Source of the DNA: Candidatus Woesearchaeota archaeon
GTDB lineage: Archaea > Nanobdellota > Nanobdellia > SCGC-AAA011-G17 > CAYFGV01
Length of the DNA stretch: 39,461 nt
Assembly: GCA_964342845.1 (NCBI GenBank)
Contig: CAYFGV010000006.1
Coordinates: 1 to 39,461 of the forward strand
Direction: 5' to 3'
The notes under the pieces are model-generated. The model was given only the letters and a program-made list of their open reading frames with translations. It was not told the origin of the DNA and searched no databases. Numbering within the stretch: position 1 is the stretch's first letter; the number at the start of each line of letters is the position of its first letter. Positions 17,104 through 26,476 of this stretch are shown piece by piece. The position numbers and the translations under genes were made by a program.

Positions 17104-19704
17104 TTAATGTATTATTTCAAATTCATCGTCATCATCGTCGTCACCTTTTTTTTCTTCTTTTTTCTTCTCTTCCTTAGGTTTCTCTTCTTTTTGTGTTTCT
17201 GGTTCTTTTACTTCTTCTTTAGGTTTCTCTTCTGGTTTTGTTTCTTGTTTAGTGGTTTCTGTTTCTAGTGCTTCTTCTTCAATTTCTTCTTCAAAAAAGT
17301 CTATTATTTTTTTGTAGGTTTTTGTTTTTATTAATATTAATAGTACTATAATTATTATTAATACTATTATTATAGGTGTTTTGTTTTCTGCGACTTTGTT
17401 TAAGAATGCTGAAGGTTCTTCATATGTTAATTCTTCTGCTGTTTCTTCTTCTGTGATATCTTCTGTTGGAGTTTCTTCTTCTGTTTCTTCTTCTAGGTCA
17501 GATTCGTCAGGTGGTAAAAGATAGTTGTATGTTATGTCAGCTTTTCCATCTACAAAATCATTTAAGGTTACTTCTAAGTCAGTACCTCCATCTCCATTTA
17601 TATCTATTGTTCTTGATTCTCCTATTTCTAGGATAAGGATTACTGGTTCTGAGTTGAATTCTAGAGTTATTGTGTTTTCTTCTGAGGAAACCAATTCTAT
17701 TGTATGTGTTTCTTCATTAAACTTAAAAGATTGTATTTCTCCTTCTTCTAATGAACTGTCTGCTGTTTGAGACTCTTCTGATAGTTCAAAGATAGTATCT
17801 CCATCTGTTTCAGTAGGTTCTTCTTCCTCTTCTGTGTCTTCATTTGTTATGTTCAAGTCATCTTCTTCTATAATATCTTCTAAATCATCTAGTATTTCTT
17901 CTTCTGTTGTATCATTTAGTATTTCTTCAATATCTTCTACTTGTTCTTCTTCATCCCATCCAAATAAAGATGCGAAAAAGTTCTTTATTCTAGTAAAGAA
18001 TGAGATTCCTTCTCCTTGTGGGATGTCTAAAACATCTCCTCCTGTTATTTCTGGGAATTCTTCTTCTAGTTCTGTAGTATCTTCAATTATATCTGACGGG
18101 TTTGAGGTTACTTCTATGTTTATTGTGTCTGTAGCTAAAATTGCGCTATCATTTAATTTTGCTGTTACTGTTAATTCATATTCTCCAATATTTAAATTTG
18201 TTGTAGGAGTCAAATAAAGATATAATATCTCTGATGTTTCTGGTTCTACTGTTAAACCAGTAGATAAAGGAACTAATTGTATGAACTCTGTTGCAGTTCC
18301 TGAAGTAGATATATCATATTTAGCTGATTCAGCTCCTTGATTTTCTATTGTAACTGGAATCATTCCTGTTGAATCAAAATAAATTGAAACTTCGTCTTGA
18401 ATTGCGATTGATGGTTTGTAACAGTCTTCTGTTGAAATTGTTTCTATCTCTATTGTATCTTTGCTAGATACTTCTGATGTTTCTGTTGAAGTTGCAGTTA
18501 TTCCTATTGTTTCTATTAGAGAGTTTACGGCTTCTGTTGGAGAAGCTGTTAAGATTAATGTTTCTTCTCCTCCTGAACTTAATGTAATTCTTCCATCACT
18601 TAGAGATATCCAAGAAGGTCCGTCTATTTCTAATATATATTCTTGTTCTAAGTCGCCGTTATTCTTTATGTCTACCTCATATTCATTTCTTGAGTCAGCA
18701 CAAATTTTATCTGAAACTTCTTTAATATCAACTAGAACATCCATACAAGCTTTTATTGTTGTTGCAAAAGTGTTTGTTGCTTTTAGGTTGCCTTTATCTG
18801 TTAGGACTTCTAATTCTATTTCATAATCTCCTTCTGAATTATAAGAAGGGTTTAGGAATATTTTGGTTGAAGCTTGGCTGTTGCTTGAAACTTCTAAGTT
18901 GTTGTTTTCTAAACTAGCCCATGATGGGCCTGTTATGTCTAATATATATTTATTTGATACTGTTCCTTTATTATTAATTGTGATTGAAAAATAATCTTCT
19001 GTGCTTTCACAAACTGTTTTGAAGTCTTCTTCTGTTTTTAATTCAAAGTCGTAACATGCAGTGACTTGGAATTCTGATGTTGCAGATTTTGTTAATCTTC
19101 CTATTGAAGGTGTAGCAACAACTGTAAATTCATAATCTTCTAATAAATTGCAAGTATCTTGAACAAATGCTGTTATGGTTTCTGTAGATCCTGATTCTAC
19201 TGAAACTTTGTTTTCACTTAGGATTATATATTCTGAGCCTTTGCCTTCAACTGATAAACTGTATGTGTCGTCTAGTTCTCCATTATTAGTTATTTCAAAT
19301 TCTATTTCTGTTGATTCACAAGGGCATAAAGATGCTGAAGATTCTTTAGCTAGAATTTCATAATCTTGGCATTCTTTAACTGAAAATTCATGTTCTAGAG
19401 AACTTGTTTCTTGGTCTGATTTTGCAACTATTGTTAGAGTATAATCTCCAGAAGGCGTGGTTGATTTTGGTGTTACATATGTATAAATTTCGTTTTTATA
19501 AATAAAACTTGTTGAGAATGAAGATGCTGTACCTCCTGTTGTTATTGTTACATAGTCTGATGGATCTTTAATAACATCTACAAATACTCCTGTTGTACTT
19601 GGGCATAATTCCTCTATTCCTGTATTTGGATATAATTCAAAAGCTTGTATTACAGGGATTAGAATTATAGCAAGTAAAAAGATTAATTTTAATTTATCAC
19701 TCAT
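17104..19704 (-). CDS. Large acidic surface protein with tandem Cys-linked Ig-like (NEW3/COG1470-like) domains and a C-terminal TM
   Basis: Signal peptide; repeated (I/V)xNxG...Y.L...GPSW units with Cys at domain junctions; DINGDG motif; TM IIIVLIIIIVLLILI; acidic tail. Confidence 0.75.
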   Translation of the reverse strand: MSDKLKLIFLLAIILIPVIQAFELYPNTGIEELCPSTTGVFVDVIKDPSDYVTITTGGTASSFSTSFIYKNEIYTYVTPKSTTPSGDYTLTIVAKSDQETSSLEHEFSVKECQDYEILAKESSASLCPCESTEIEFEITNNGELDDTYSLSVEGKGSEYIILSENKVSVESGSTETITAFVQDTCNLLEDYEFTVVATPSIGRLTKSATSEFQVTACYDFELKTEEDFKTVCESTEDYFSITINNKGTVSNKYILDITGPSWASLENNNLEVSSNSQASTKIFLNPSYNSEGDYEIELEVLTDKGNLKATNTFATTIKACMDVLVDIKEVSDKICADSRNEYEVDIKNNGDLEQEYILEIDGPSWISLSDGRITLSSGGEETLILTASPTEAVNSLIETIGITATSTETSEVSSKDTIEIETISTEDCYKPSIAIQDEVSIYFDSTGMIPVTIENQGAESAKYDISTSGTATEFIQLVPLSTGLTVEPETSEILYLYLTPTTNLNIGEYELTVTAKLNDSAILATDTINIEVTSNPSDIIEDTTELEEEFPEITGGDVLDIPQGEGISFFTRIKNFFASLFGWDEEEQVEDIEEILNDTTEEEILDDLEDIIEEDDLNITNEDTEEEEEPTETDGDTIFELSEESQTADSSLEEGEIQSFKFNEETHTIELVSSEENTITLEFNSEPVILILEIGESRTIDINGDGGTDLEVTLNDFVDGKADITYNYLLPPDESDLEEETEEETPTEDITEEETAEELTYEEPSAFLNKVAENKTPIIIVLIIIIVLLILIKTKTYKKIIDFFEEEIEEEALETETTKQETKPEEKPKEEVKEPETQKEEKPKEEKKKEEKKGDDDDDDEFEIIH

Positions 19705-19802
19705 TGTTGAATCCTCCCTTTTGTTACTAAAGAGAGAGTCGGTGAGTATAAATAGATTATGGTTATAAAAAATATAAATTAGAAAAAAAAGAAAATAAAT
19801 TT

Positions 19803-21125
19803 TTAGTAATAATCTTTTTCGTTTTCAGGTTCTTCGAAGTCCAAGTCTTCACTTTTTCTTCTGAAAGCAAGTACTAAACCCAATACGATTAAGATTACTA
19901 GCAAGACAATAAAACCGATTTCTAGACCTGTTTTTAGATCATCCCATGTTGATACAGTGATTGATTCTTCAACTTCTGCAGCTAGAGAGATTTCTTCAGT
20001 AAGTCCGTCAGATTCAATAACTAATGTGAAGCTTCTTGTTCTTGTTTCTGCATCTTCTGGTGCTGTAACAAAAATGTATGCTTCAGCTGTATCATCTGCG
20101 CCAATACTTAGGAAATTAGTGTCTAGATCAACTATCCAATCTTCTAAACCTTTAACTTCTAGAGTATAATACTTATTCTCTGTGCCTAGATTTGCGATAG
20201 TTAATTTATAAACAGCTCCTGCGCCAGCTTTTATTGTTTGAGTTGCTGGATCAACATCGATTATTGTGTTATCTTCTACTTCAGGTTCTTCTTCAGTTTC
20301 TTCTTCTACTTCTTCAGATTCGCCTATAGTTATAGTGTATTCTTCTACTAACACTTTGTCTCCATTATTATACTCTACTGTTATCCATACAGGATAGGAT
20401 CCTTCAACATCTGAAGGTAATTGTAGAGATAATTTTGCAGAGGCTGTATTATCACATTGGTCATCATCATCGTAGTTATCTATACAATCTTGTTCTTCAC
20501 TTTTAGAATATAGCTCATCTATGTATGTTTTTGTTTCTAGGTTTAGATCTGGTATTTCCATAGAAACTCTAATGTTGTCTTCTGTTCTTAATCCCATGTT
20601 TTCAACCCATACTGTTGCTTCTAGTTCATCACCAGCTTCAACGTAGTTTAGGTTAGGATTAAAGTCAACATCTTCAATACTTAGATAGTGCTCTGTTTCT
20701 GAAACTTCTAAAGAATATTCTTGCTCATCTTCGTAGTCTGCGTTGTATACTTTAACTTCTAGTGTATATTCTCCAGCATCTAGATCTTCTGGAATTTCTA
20801 AATATAGTCTTTTAGCAGGATAGTCTGTGCCTGCTTTAATTACAAAAGAATAGCCTAGATCTGTTTCTATATCTTTGTCATAACCTGAGATTTCTGCTTC
20901 TAGTTTTACAGTGTCTTGGTCTTCTAATATATCATCACCATTTAACCAAACATCAATTGTGATTTCTGTTCCTCTTTCTATATAGACTGTGTTATTATCG
21001 TCTATTGTTCTTCCGTTAACTTCCACTTCGTCTATAAATTTAACTTCTTCTTTTGCGGATACTGCTGTAGTAATAGTAAATAATACTAACAATACCATCA
21101 CAAACAGTTTAAACATATTTCTCAT
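19803..21125 (-). CDS. Putative S-layer-associated CARDB/Ig-domain protein with C-terminal TM anchor
   Basis: Signal peptide; VEAGDELEATVWVENMG CARDB-like pattern; LKTGLEIGFIVLLVILIVLGLVLAF TM; acidic tail. Confidence 0.7.
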   Translation of the reverse strand: MRNMFKLFVMVLLVLFTITTAVSAKEEVKFIDEVEVNGRTIDDNNTVYIERGTEITIDVWLNGDDILEDQDTVKLEAEISGYDKDIETDLGYSFVIKAGTDYPAKRLYLEIPEDLDAGEYTLEVKVYNADYEDEQEYSLEVSETEHYLSIEDVDFNPNLNYVEAGDELEATVWVENMGLRTEDNIRVSMEIPDLNLETKTYIDELYSKSEEQDCIDNYDDDDQCDNTASAKLSLQLPSDVEGSYPVWITVEYNNGDKVLVEEYTITIGESEEVEEETEEEPEVEDNTIIDVDPATQTIKAGAGAVYKLTIANLGTENKYYTLEVKGLEDWIVDLDTNFLSIGADDTAEAYIFVTAPEDAETRTRSFTLVIESDGLTEEISLAAEVEESITVSTWDDLKTGLEIGFIVLLVILIVLGLVLAFRRKSEDLDFEEPENEKDYY

Positions 21126-21232
21126 CTTTTAACCCCCTATAAAATGTTATTATTTTGTGAGTATAACCCTATATATAAACTTTACGGTGGTGCCAGTTAT
21201 TGAGAAATTCTAAGGTTAGAGGCGAATTTAAG

Positions 21233-21316
21233 TGGGGACAGAGGGATTTGCACCCCCGACTGACGGTTTCTTCAGGTATTCTGGAGCCGTCCAGTTTCCT
21301 ACTAGCCTATGCCCCC
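21233..21316 (-). tRNA. trnW: tRNA-Trp (CCA) with a 13-nt intron at 37/38; 3' CCA not encoded
   Basis: Acceptor GGGGGCA/TGTCCCC, anticodon stem GACGG/CCGTC, loop CT-CCA-G[AATACCTGAAGAA]A, T arm GGGGG-TGCAAAT-CCCTC; intron 21268-21280. Confidence 0.9.
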
Positions 21317-21369
21317 TTTAGTTTATTAAAGAAATGATACTGATTATTTATATTGATATCGGTTTTATA

Positions 21370-21723
21370 TTATTTCCATTTCTTTATTAAGAATATTACT
21401 ATAGAAAGAACTACTATTGCTAACATAGGAATTAGAAGAGGCACTACTATGTTTATGTCTTGGACAGCATTTCCTGTTATATTATAAAATTGAAAAGAAA
21501 AATACTTTAAGACAAAAAAGCCTGAAATAAAAAATAAAGTTATTAAAAAGTAAATATCTAATTTGTGATTTCTTTCTTTTGGTTTAATTTCTGTTTTTTG
21601 AGGAAGTCTAAATTTAAATGAGGAAAGGAATTTATTTATTTTTAAGATTAAAAAGATACTAACTGTTAGCCATATTAAGAATACTATTGGTGCAATTATT
21701 GTTGTGTAATTTATTTCAGACAT
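21370..21723 (-). CDS. Small 3-TM membrane protein
   Basis: Three hydrophobic segments; NITGNAV between TM2 and TM3. Confidence 0.65.
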   Translation of the reverse strand: MSEINYTTIIAPIVFLIWLTVSIFLILKINKFLSSFKFRLPQKTEIKPKERNHKLDIYFLITLFFISGFFVLKYFSFQFYNITGNAVQDINIVVPLLIPMLAIVVLSIVIFLIKKWK

Positions 21724-21901
21724 ATTGTTAATTTTAGAATCTTTATTTTATAAATGTTTTTATTTCTTTTGATAATTTGATATATAAAGTTTTTTGTGTG
21801 TTAGACAAAAAATATAGAAAACTATATAAAGGACTATATGCTTAAAAAGATAAATAAGTCATTTTATAATAAAAATGGTAAAAAAAGGAGGGTTGATAAA
21901 T

Positions 21902-24445
21902 ATGGAAAAAAAGAATTTTTCTTTAATATGTGTAATATTAGTTTTTGGGTTTTTATTTGTAGGAAGTGTAGGTGCTACTAACCAGGCGGATTTAACACCT
22001 GCGTTTGTGAGTGCAGATGCAGCTGATGTATCGATATTGAGTTTTGAGATAAATGGAACGGCTGCTAGTACTGACTCTTTGCTTAGTGTTGTTGTTAATT
22101 ATACCGGTACTTCTCATACTGATATTACAAATGTTACATTATATAATACTACTGAAGGTAGTATTTTTGGTTTTGCTGCTACTTGGACAAATACAAGTAA
22201 TACTACTCAAATAAATATTACTGGTAATGTTGGTAATTTAACTGTGAATACAACTATGAATCTTACTTTGAATTTTACTATTAATAGTAGTCTGACTAGT
22301 AGTATAGGAAATGGAAACGTAATAGATGCTGTGATAGATTCGATTGGTGGATCAGTTGCAAATGTTACTATTGTTAATTCTACTGGTGTAATAGATCCTG
22401 ATGGTAATACTTCTGTTGATATGAGTGTTCCTACTTATGTTATTGTTTCGCCTACTAATAATAATTGGACATCAAATGCGACGCAAGTTGTTAGGTTTAA
22501 TGTTACTGATACAGGTTCTGGTGTAGATGCTAGTAGTGTATCTTTAAATAATCTGTCTAATATGAGTTCAACTAATCTCCATAGTATAAGTTGTGGTGCT
22601 GATGGGCTTACTGTGGAATGTAATGCTACATGGAATACATCTGCTGTTACAACTGAGACAGGTTCTAATAATGTTAGTGTTGTTATAAATGTGTCTGATT
22701 TAGTGAATCAAGGGACTGTTAATTCAAATAATAGTTATCCTGTGTGGACTCAGTTAGGTGTTGATAAAGTAGCACCAAATATTACAATGGGTGCACCGTC
22801 TACTGGAAGTATCTGGTTAGGCCAACAAAATAACACACTTAAGTTTAATGTTACTGACGGAGGTATTGGTGTAGATGCTAGTACTATAACATTGAATAAC
22901 TTGTCTAATCTTACTGGGACAACTTTTAATAGTTTAAGTTGTGGTGCTGATGGAGGTACGGTGAACTGTAATGTTACATGGAATACTACTAATATTACAG
23001 AGTCAAGTACAGCTAATCTTGAAATTACTATAAATGCGACGGATTTAATTGGACAGGGGACTGCAAATACTAATGCTAGTGTTCCGGTGTGGACAAGCAT
23101 GGGTGTTGATAATTTATATCCTGTTCCAGTAATTGGATCTGTAGGTGGAGTATCTACTAATAATTGGGTGAACAACAGAACATTGGTTATTAATTTCACA
23201 GCTAATGATACTAATATGTTGGATTGGAATTTAACAGTATATAATTCAACATGGGGAAAGGTCTTTAATTGGACAGCAACTAATAATAGTATGAATGTGA
23301 CTGTAGTCTATAATACCTCAGCAGATGCTAGCTATTACTATGTGAACTTGACTGTTACTGATAATGCTACCAATACTAATACGACTAGATTTGATATTAG
23401 AGTAGATTCAACTGCTCCTTCAGTAGGTGCAGGTGTTGGGAGTGCTCTTACAGGCACTGGTGCTACTTTAAGTTCTACAGTTACTGATGCTACCTCTGGT
23501 GTTAACGCTTGTACATATGTTGATGCTGGTAGTGGAGGTATGACTAGTTATGGATCTACATATAGTGCTGCTTTGACTGGTTTGACTTCGTCTACGTCTT
23601 ATACACCAACAATTACTTGTACAGATGTTGCAGGTAATAGTGCAACTAATACAGGTACTTTTGCTACTACTGGTGGTGGATCTAGTGGAGGTACTGGGTC
23701 AAGTGGTGGAACGTCTAGTGGTGTTTCAGGTGATTTTGAGAAAAAAACATGGACATCTATAAATGAAGGAGAGACAGCTGATGTAGAAGTGGATAATGGT
23801 GAAATTGGAGTTACTAAGGTTGAATTTAGTGTTTCAGAGACTGTGTGGGGTGCGTGGGTTAAAGTAGAGAAGTTGGATTCTGCGCCAAGTGAAGTTGATA
23901 CTTTCGATAGGAGAGTGTATAGGTATCTTGAGATTACTAAGGCAAGTGCTTTGAAGGAAGAATTTATGACTGGTACTAGCATTGAATTTAAAGTAGAGCA
24001 ATCTTGGTTAGATGAACAAGGTTTGAGTGAAGGAGATGTGTCTTTGTATAGGTATGATGGTATTGAATGGACTGAATTAGGTACTGTTAAAGAAGCTAGT
24101 CCTGCTGTTGAGGAAGGGCTTGATGGGTCTCCGACTAGAGATACTTACTCTTATTATTCGGCTGAGACTCCTGGGTTTAGTTTCTTTTTAATTGGTGAAT
24201 CAAGTGTTCTTGCTGCATCGCCTGAAGAAGAACCTGAAACAGAAGTTACAGAAGAAGAGGCTGAAGAGGTGACACCTGGTGAAGGAGTCGATGGATTAAG
24301 TACAGGGTCAACAGGAGTTGTGATTGCAGTGATAGTGGTTGCTTTGGCTTTAATAGGTTACTATGCATATGCTAGAAAAAGAGAAGCTAGTAGGAGAAGC
24401 GTAGTTAGATCTAAAGTAAGGACTGTTCGAAGAACAAAGAAATAA
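21902..24445 (+). CDS. Cell-surface glycoprotein with tandem Ig-like repeats, PGF-pre-PGF domain and TM anchor
   Basis: GGAGGG SD before ATG 21902; signal peptide; dense N-x-S/T sequons; Gly/Ser linker; VYRYLEI and AETPGFSFFLIG; TM plus basic tail. Confidence 0.8.
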   Translation: MEKKNFSLICVILVFGFLFVGSVGATNQADLTPAFVSADAADVSILSFEINGTAASTDSLLSVVVNYTGTSHTDITNVTLYNTTEGSIFGFAATWTNTSNTTQINITGNVGNLTVNTTMNLTLNFTINSSLTSSIGNGNVIDAVIDSIGGSVANVTIVNSTGVIDPDGNTSVDMSVPTYVIVSPTNNNWTSNATQVVRFNVTDTGSGVDASSVSLNNLSNMSSTNLHSISCGADGLTVECNATWNTSAVTTETGSNNVSVVINVSDLVNQGTVNSNNSYPVWTQLGVDKVAPNITMGAPSTGSIWLGQQNNTLKFNVTDGGIGVDASTITLNNLSNLTGTTFNSLSCGADGGTVNCNVTWNTTNITESSTANLEITINATDLIGQGTANTNASVPVWTSMGVDNLYPVPVIGSVGGVSTNNWVNNRTLVINFTANDTNMLDWNLTVYNSTWGKVFNWTATNNSMNVTVVYNTSADASYYYVNLTVTDNATNTNTTRFDIRVDSTAPSVGAGVGSALTGTGATLSSTVTDATSGVNACTYVDAGSGGMTSYGSTYSAALTGLTSSTSYTPTITCTDVAGNSATNTGTFATTGGGSSGGTGSSGGTSSGVSGDFEKKTWTSINEGETADVEVDNGEIGVTKVEFSVSETVWGAWVKVEKLDSAPSEVDTFDRRVYRYLEITKASALKEEFMTGTSIEFKVEQSWLDEQGLSEGDVSLYRYDGIEWTELGTVKEASPAVEEGLDGSPTRDTYSYYSAETPGFSFFLIGESSVLAASPEEEPETEVTEEEAEEVTPGEGVDGLSTGSTGVVIAVIVVALALIGYYAYARKREASRRSVVRSKVRTVRRTKK
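22490..23125 (+). repeat. Two intragenic ~116-aa tandem domain repeats
   Basis: FNVTD.G.GVDAS...LNNLSN...SCGADG.TV.CN.TWNT...QGT.N.N.S.PVWT..GVD occurs twice; tttaatgttactga at 22496 and 22844 (348-nt spacing). Confidence 0.9.
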
Positions 24446-24451
24446 ATCTTT

Positions 24452-24847
24452 TTATTTTTTTATTTTAAAATTTTTTAAGTTCTTGTCTTTTGCATCAAAT
24501 GTTGATATTATATCTATAATGTATTTACCTTCTTCTAATTTGTAAATTACTGGCCTACCTTTGAATAAATCTATAATATCTATTTCAAACTTACCTGGTT
24601 TTGTGATGTTTATAGATTCAAAATCTAAGAATATTGGTTGGTCATTATCTATTCTATCTCCGACAATACCTATTACGTCTTCTTCTATCTGTTCTTTTTG
24701 TTTTTCTGATAATTTTATTCGTTTTGCTTTTTCTAATGATGTTTTTTTAATATAGAAGAAGAATTTAGAACCACAAGAGCATCCTTTAAGAAGACCTTTT
24801 GTGCCATCTTTGTAGATTTTACTACACCTAACGCATTGATGAGGCAT
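24452..24847 (-). CDS. oapC: Zn-ribbon protein DUF2072 (OapC/ArvC)
   Basis: MPHQCVRC...LLKGCSCGSKFFFY; ESINITKPGKFEIDI; EEGKYII. Confidence 0.88.
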   Translation of the reverse strand: MPHQCVRCSKIYKDGTKGLLKGCSCGSKFFFYIKKTSLEKAKRIKLSEKQKEQIEEDVIGIVGDRIDNDQPIFLDFESINITKPGKFEIDIIDLFKGRPVIYKLEEGKYIIDIISTFDAKDKNLKNFKIKK

Positions 24848-25229
24848 TTTTATTATTTCTTTTTGTTGGTTGTGTTAGTAGTTCAATTTTGTTTGGATTT
24901 TTCTTTATTTCCTTTACTATTGTTGCTGGTCCGATTATAGTTAGGCCTTGTCTATTACCAAGAATGGCGTTATAAAAGAGTACCTTTAGCTTTGATAGGA
25001 TTTGTGAGTTTGTCCTATCTGAGTAAATAGTGCATATTTCTACACCTTTAAACTTCCTTGTTATTTGTTGCATTGTTAGTTCAATTAACTTTGCTTCTTC
25101 CATTGGTTTTAATCTTCCTTCTAGAATTATGATTTTATTTGCTTTAACAATTTTTAGTAATTTATTTAGTTTTTCTCCTGCTGATAAATTACTTAATTCT
25201 ATATATGGGATGTATTGTAATGTTAACAT
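24828..25229 (-). CDS. oapB: DUF2073 protein (OapB/ArvB)
   Basis: IIILEGRLKPMEEAKLIELTM, FKGVEI, GLTIIGPA; located between the GTPase and the Zn-ribbon gene. Confidence 0.88.
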   Translation of the reverse strand: MLTLQYIPYIELSNLSAGEKLNKLLKIVKANKIIILEGRLKPMEEAKLIELTMQQITRKFKGVEICTIYSDRTNSQILSKLKVLFYNAILGNRQGLTIIGPATIVKEIKKNPNKIELLTQPTKRNNKNASSMR

Positions 25230-25231
25230 TT

Positions 25232-25864
25232 TTATATTATTTTGAAAAGCTCCTTATAAAAGTTTTCTATATTATCTCCTTTTTCAGCAGATAAACCAAT
25301 TACTTTATATTGAGGAAATGCTGATTCTACTTTTTTTATTTTTGATCTTTTTAAATCTACTTTGTTAGCTGCTATTAATACAGGTATTTTTCTTGCTATT
25401 AAATTACCTACAATTGTTATATTAACTTGGGAATACGGGTTTTTTGTTGAATCTAGGACTACAATTACTACGTCCATATTATCTAACCATTTAATTGCGT
25501 CTATTACTCCTTTTGTAGCTTCTTTTGCTCTTTTTCTTGCTTGGACTTTTGACATTTTAAATTTTAAGAAGTCTTCATAGTCAATTTTAGTTGCGATTCC
25601 TGGAGTGTCTATTAGCTTAAAATTAATTCTTCTGCCTTTCTTTTTAACTAAGATATTTTCTTTTATTTGTACTTCTCTTGTTTCGTGAGGAATCCTAGAT
25701 GCTGTACCAACTTCTTCTCCAAGCCAATCTAGGGAGATTTTGTTTGCTAAGGTAGTTTTTCCTGCATTTGGAGGTCCGTATAGCCCTAGTTTTACATCTT
25801 TTTTTAGTTTAAAGATTGTAAGAACGTAATTATCCAGAAAATTTCTAATATTCTTTATCACCAT
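25232..25864 (-). CDS. oapA: Era-like small GTPase (OapA/ArvA)
   Basis: G1 GPPNAGKT, G2 PHETR, G3 DTPG, G4 NKVD, G5 LSA; RAKEATKGVIDAIKWL. Confidence 0.9.
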   Translation of the reverse strand: MVIKNIRNFLDNYVLTIFKLKKDVKLGLYGPPNAGKTTLANKISLDWLGEEVGTASRIPHETREVQIKENILVKKKGRRINFKLIDTPGIATKIDYEDFLKFKMSKVQARKRAKEATKGVIDAIKWLDNMDVVIVVLDSTKNPYSQVNITIVGNLIARKIPVLIAANKVDLKRSKIKKVESAFPQYKVIGLSAEKGDNIENFYKELFKII

Positions 25865-26026
25865 ACTTTTAAAAGAAAGTTTATAGTTTTTAAAGATTTC
25901 GTTGATTTAGCGAATATATGGCTTTTAATCTATAAATTTATAAACCTAAAGCTTTATAAAGGGTGAATTTACTCTAATTTTAGAGAGTACAGGAGCAAAG
26001 AATTCTTGTATTTATAAGGAGGAAAA

Positions 26027-26386
26027 ATGAAAGGAACAGTAAAATGGTTTAATTCCCGAAAAGGCTACGGTTTTGTAAAGGGAGATGACGGTAATGATTA
26101 CTTTGTACACTTCACAGCAGTACCGCAGGGCGTATATCTACATGAAGATGATTTAGTAGAATTTGAACCTGCTGAAGGAGAAAGAGGAAAACAAGCTCAA
26201 GATGTTCAGTTGCTAGAGAAAGGAAGCGACAGAAGGGAAAGTGGCGATGTTTCAGAAGAAGCTCCTAAAGAGGAAGTTTCAGAAGAGCAACCTGTAGAAG
26301 AAGCTCAGGCTGAAGAAGAAGCTCCTGCTGAAGAATCAGAGGAAGTTTCAGAAGAGCAAGCTGAAGAAGAACAAACAGAAAAGTAA
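26027..26386 (+). CDS. csp: Cold-shock domain protein with a Glu-rich C-terminal tail
   Basis: GTVKWFN, RNP1 KGYGFV, RNP2 YFVHF; SD AGGAGG. Confidence 0.93.
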   Translation: MKGTVKWFNSRKGYGFVKGDDGNDYFVHFTAVPQGVYLHEDDLVEFEPAEGERGKQAQDVQLLEKGSDRRESGDVSEEAPKEEVSEEQPVEEAQAEEEAPAEESEEVSEEQAEEEQTEK

Positions 26387-26389
26387 AGT

Positions 26390-26422
26390 ATTTTTTGAAT
26401 TTTTTTATTATTTTTTTATTTT
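26390..26422 (+). terminator. Oligo-T terminator after csp
   Basis: Three T6-T8 runs directly after the TAA. Confidence 0.55.
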
Positions 26423-26476
26423 GTTATAGCACTCAAGTTCAATAATCTATTTATAATATAGTTTTTAGTAAATTTG

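Noticed and set aside
25865..26026. Replication origin next to oapA
   Set aside because: No ORB-like repeats, no cdc6/orc1 and no visible skew switch; divergent promoters explain the region
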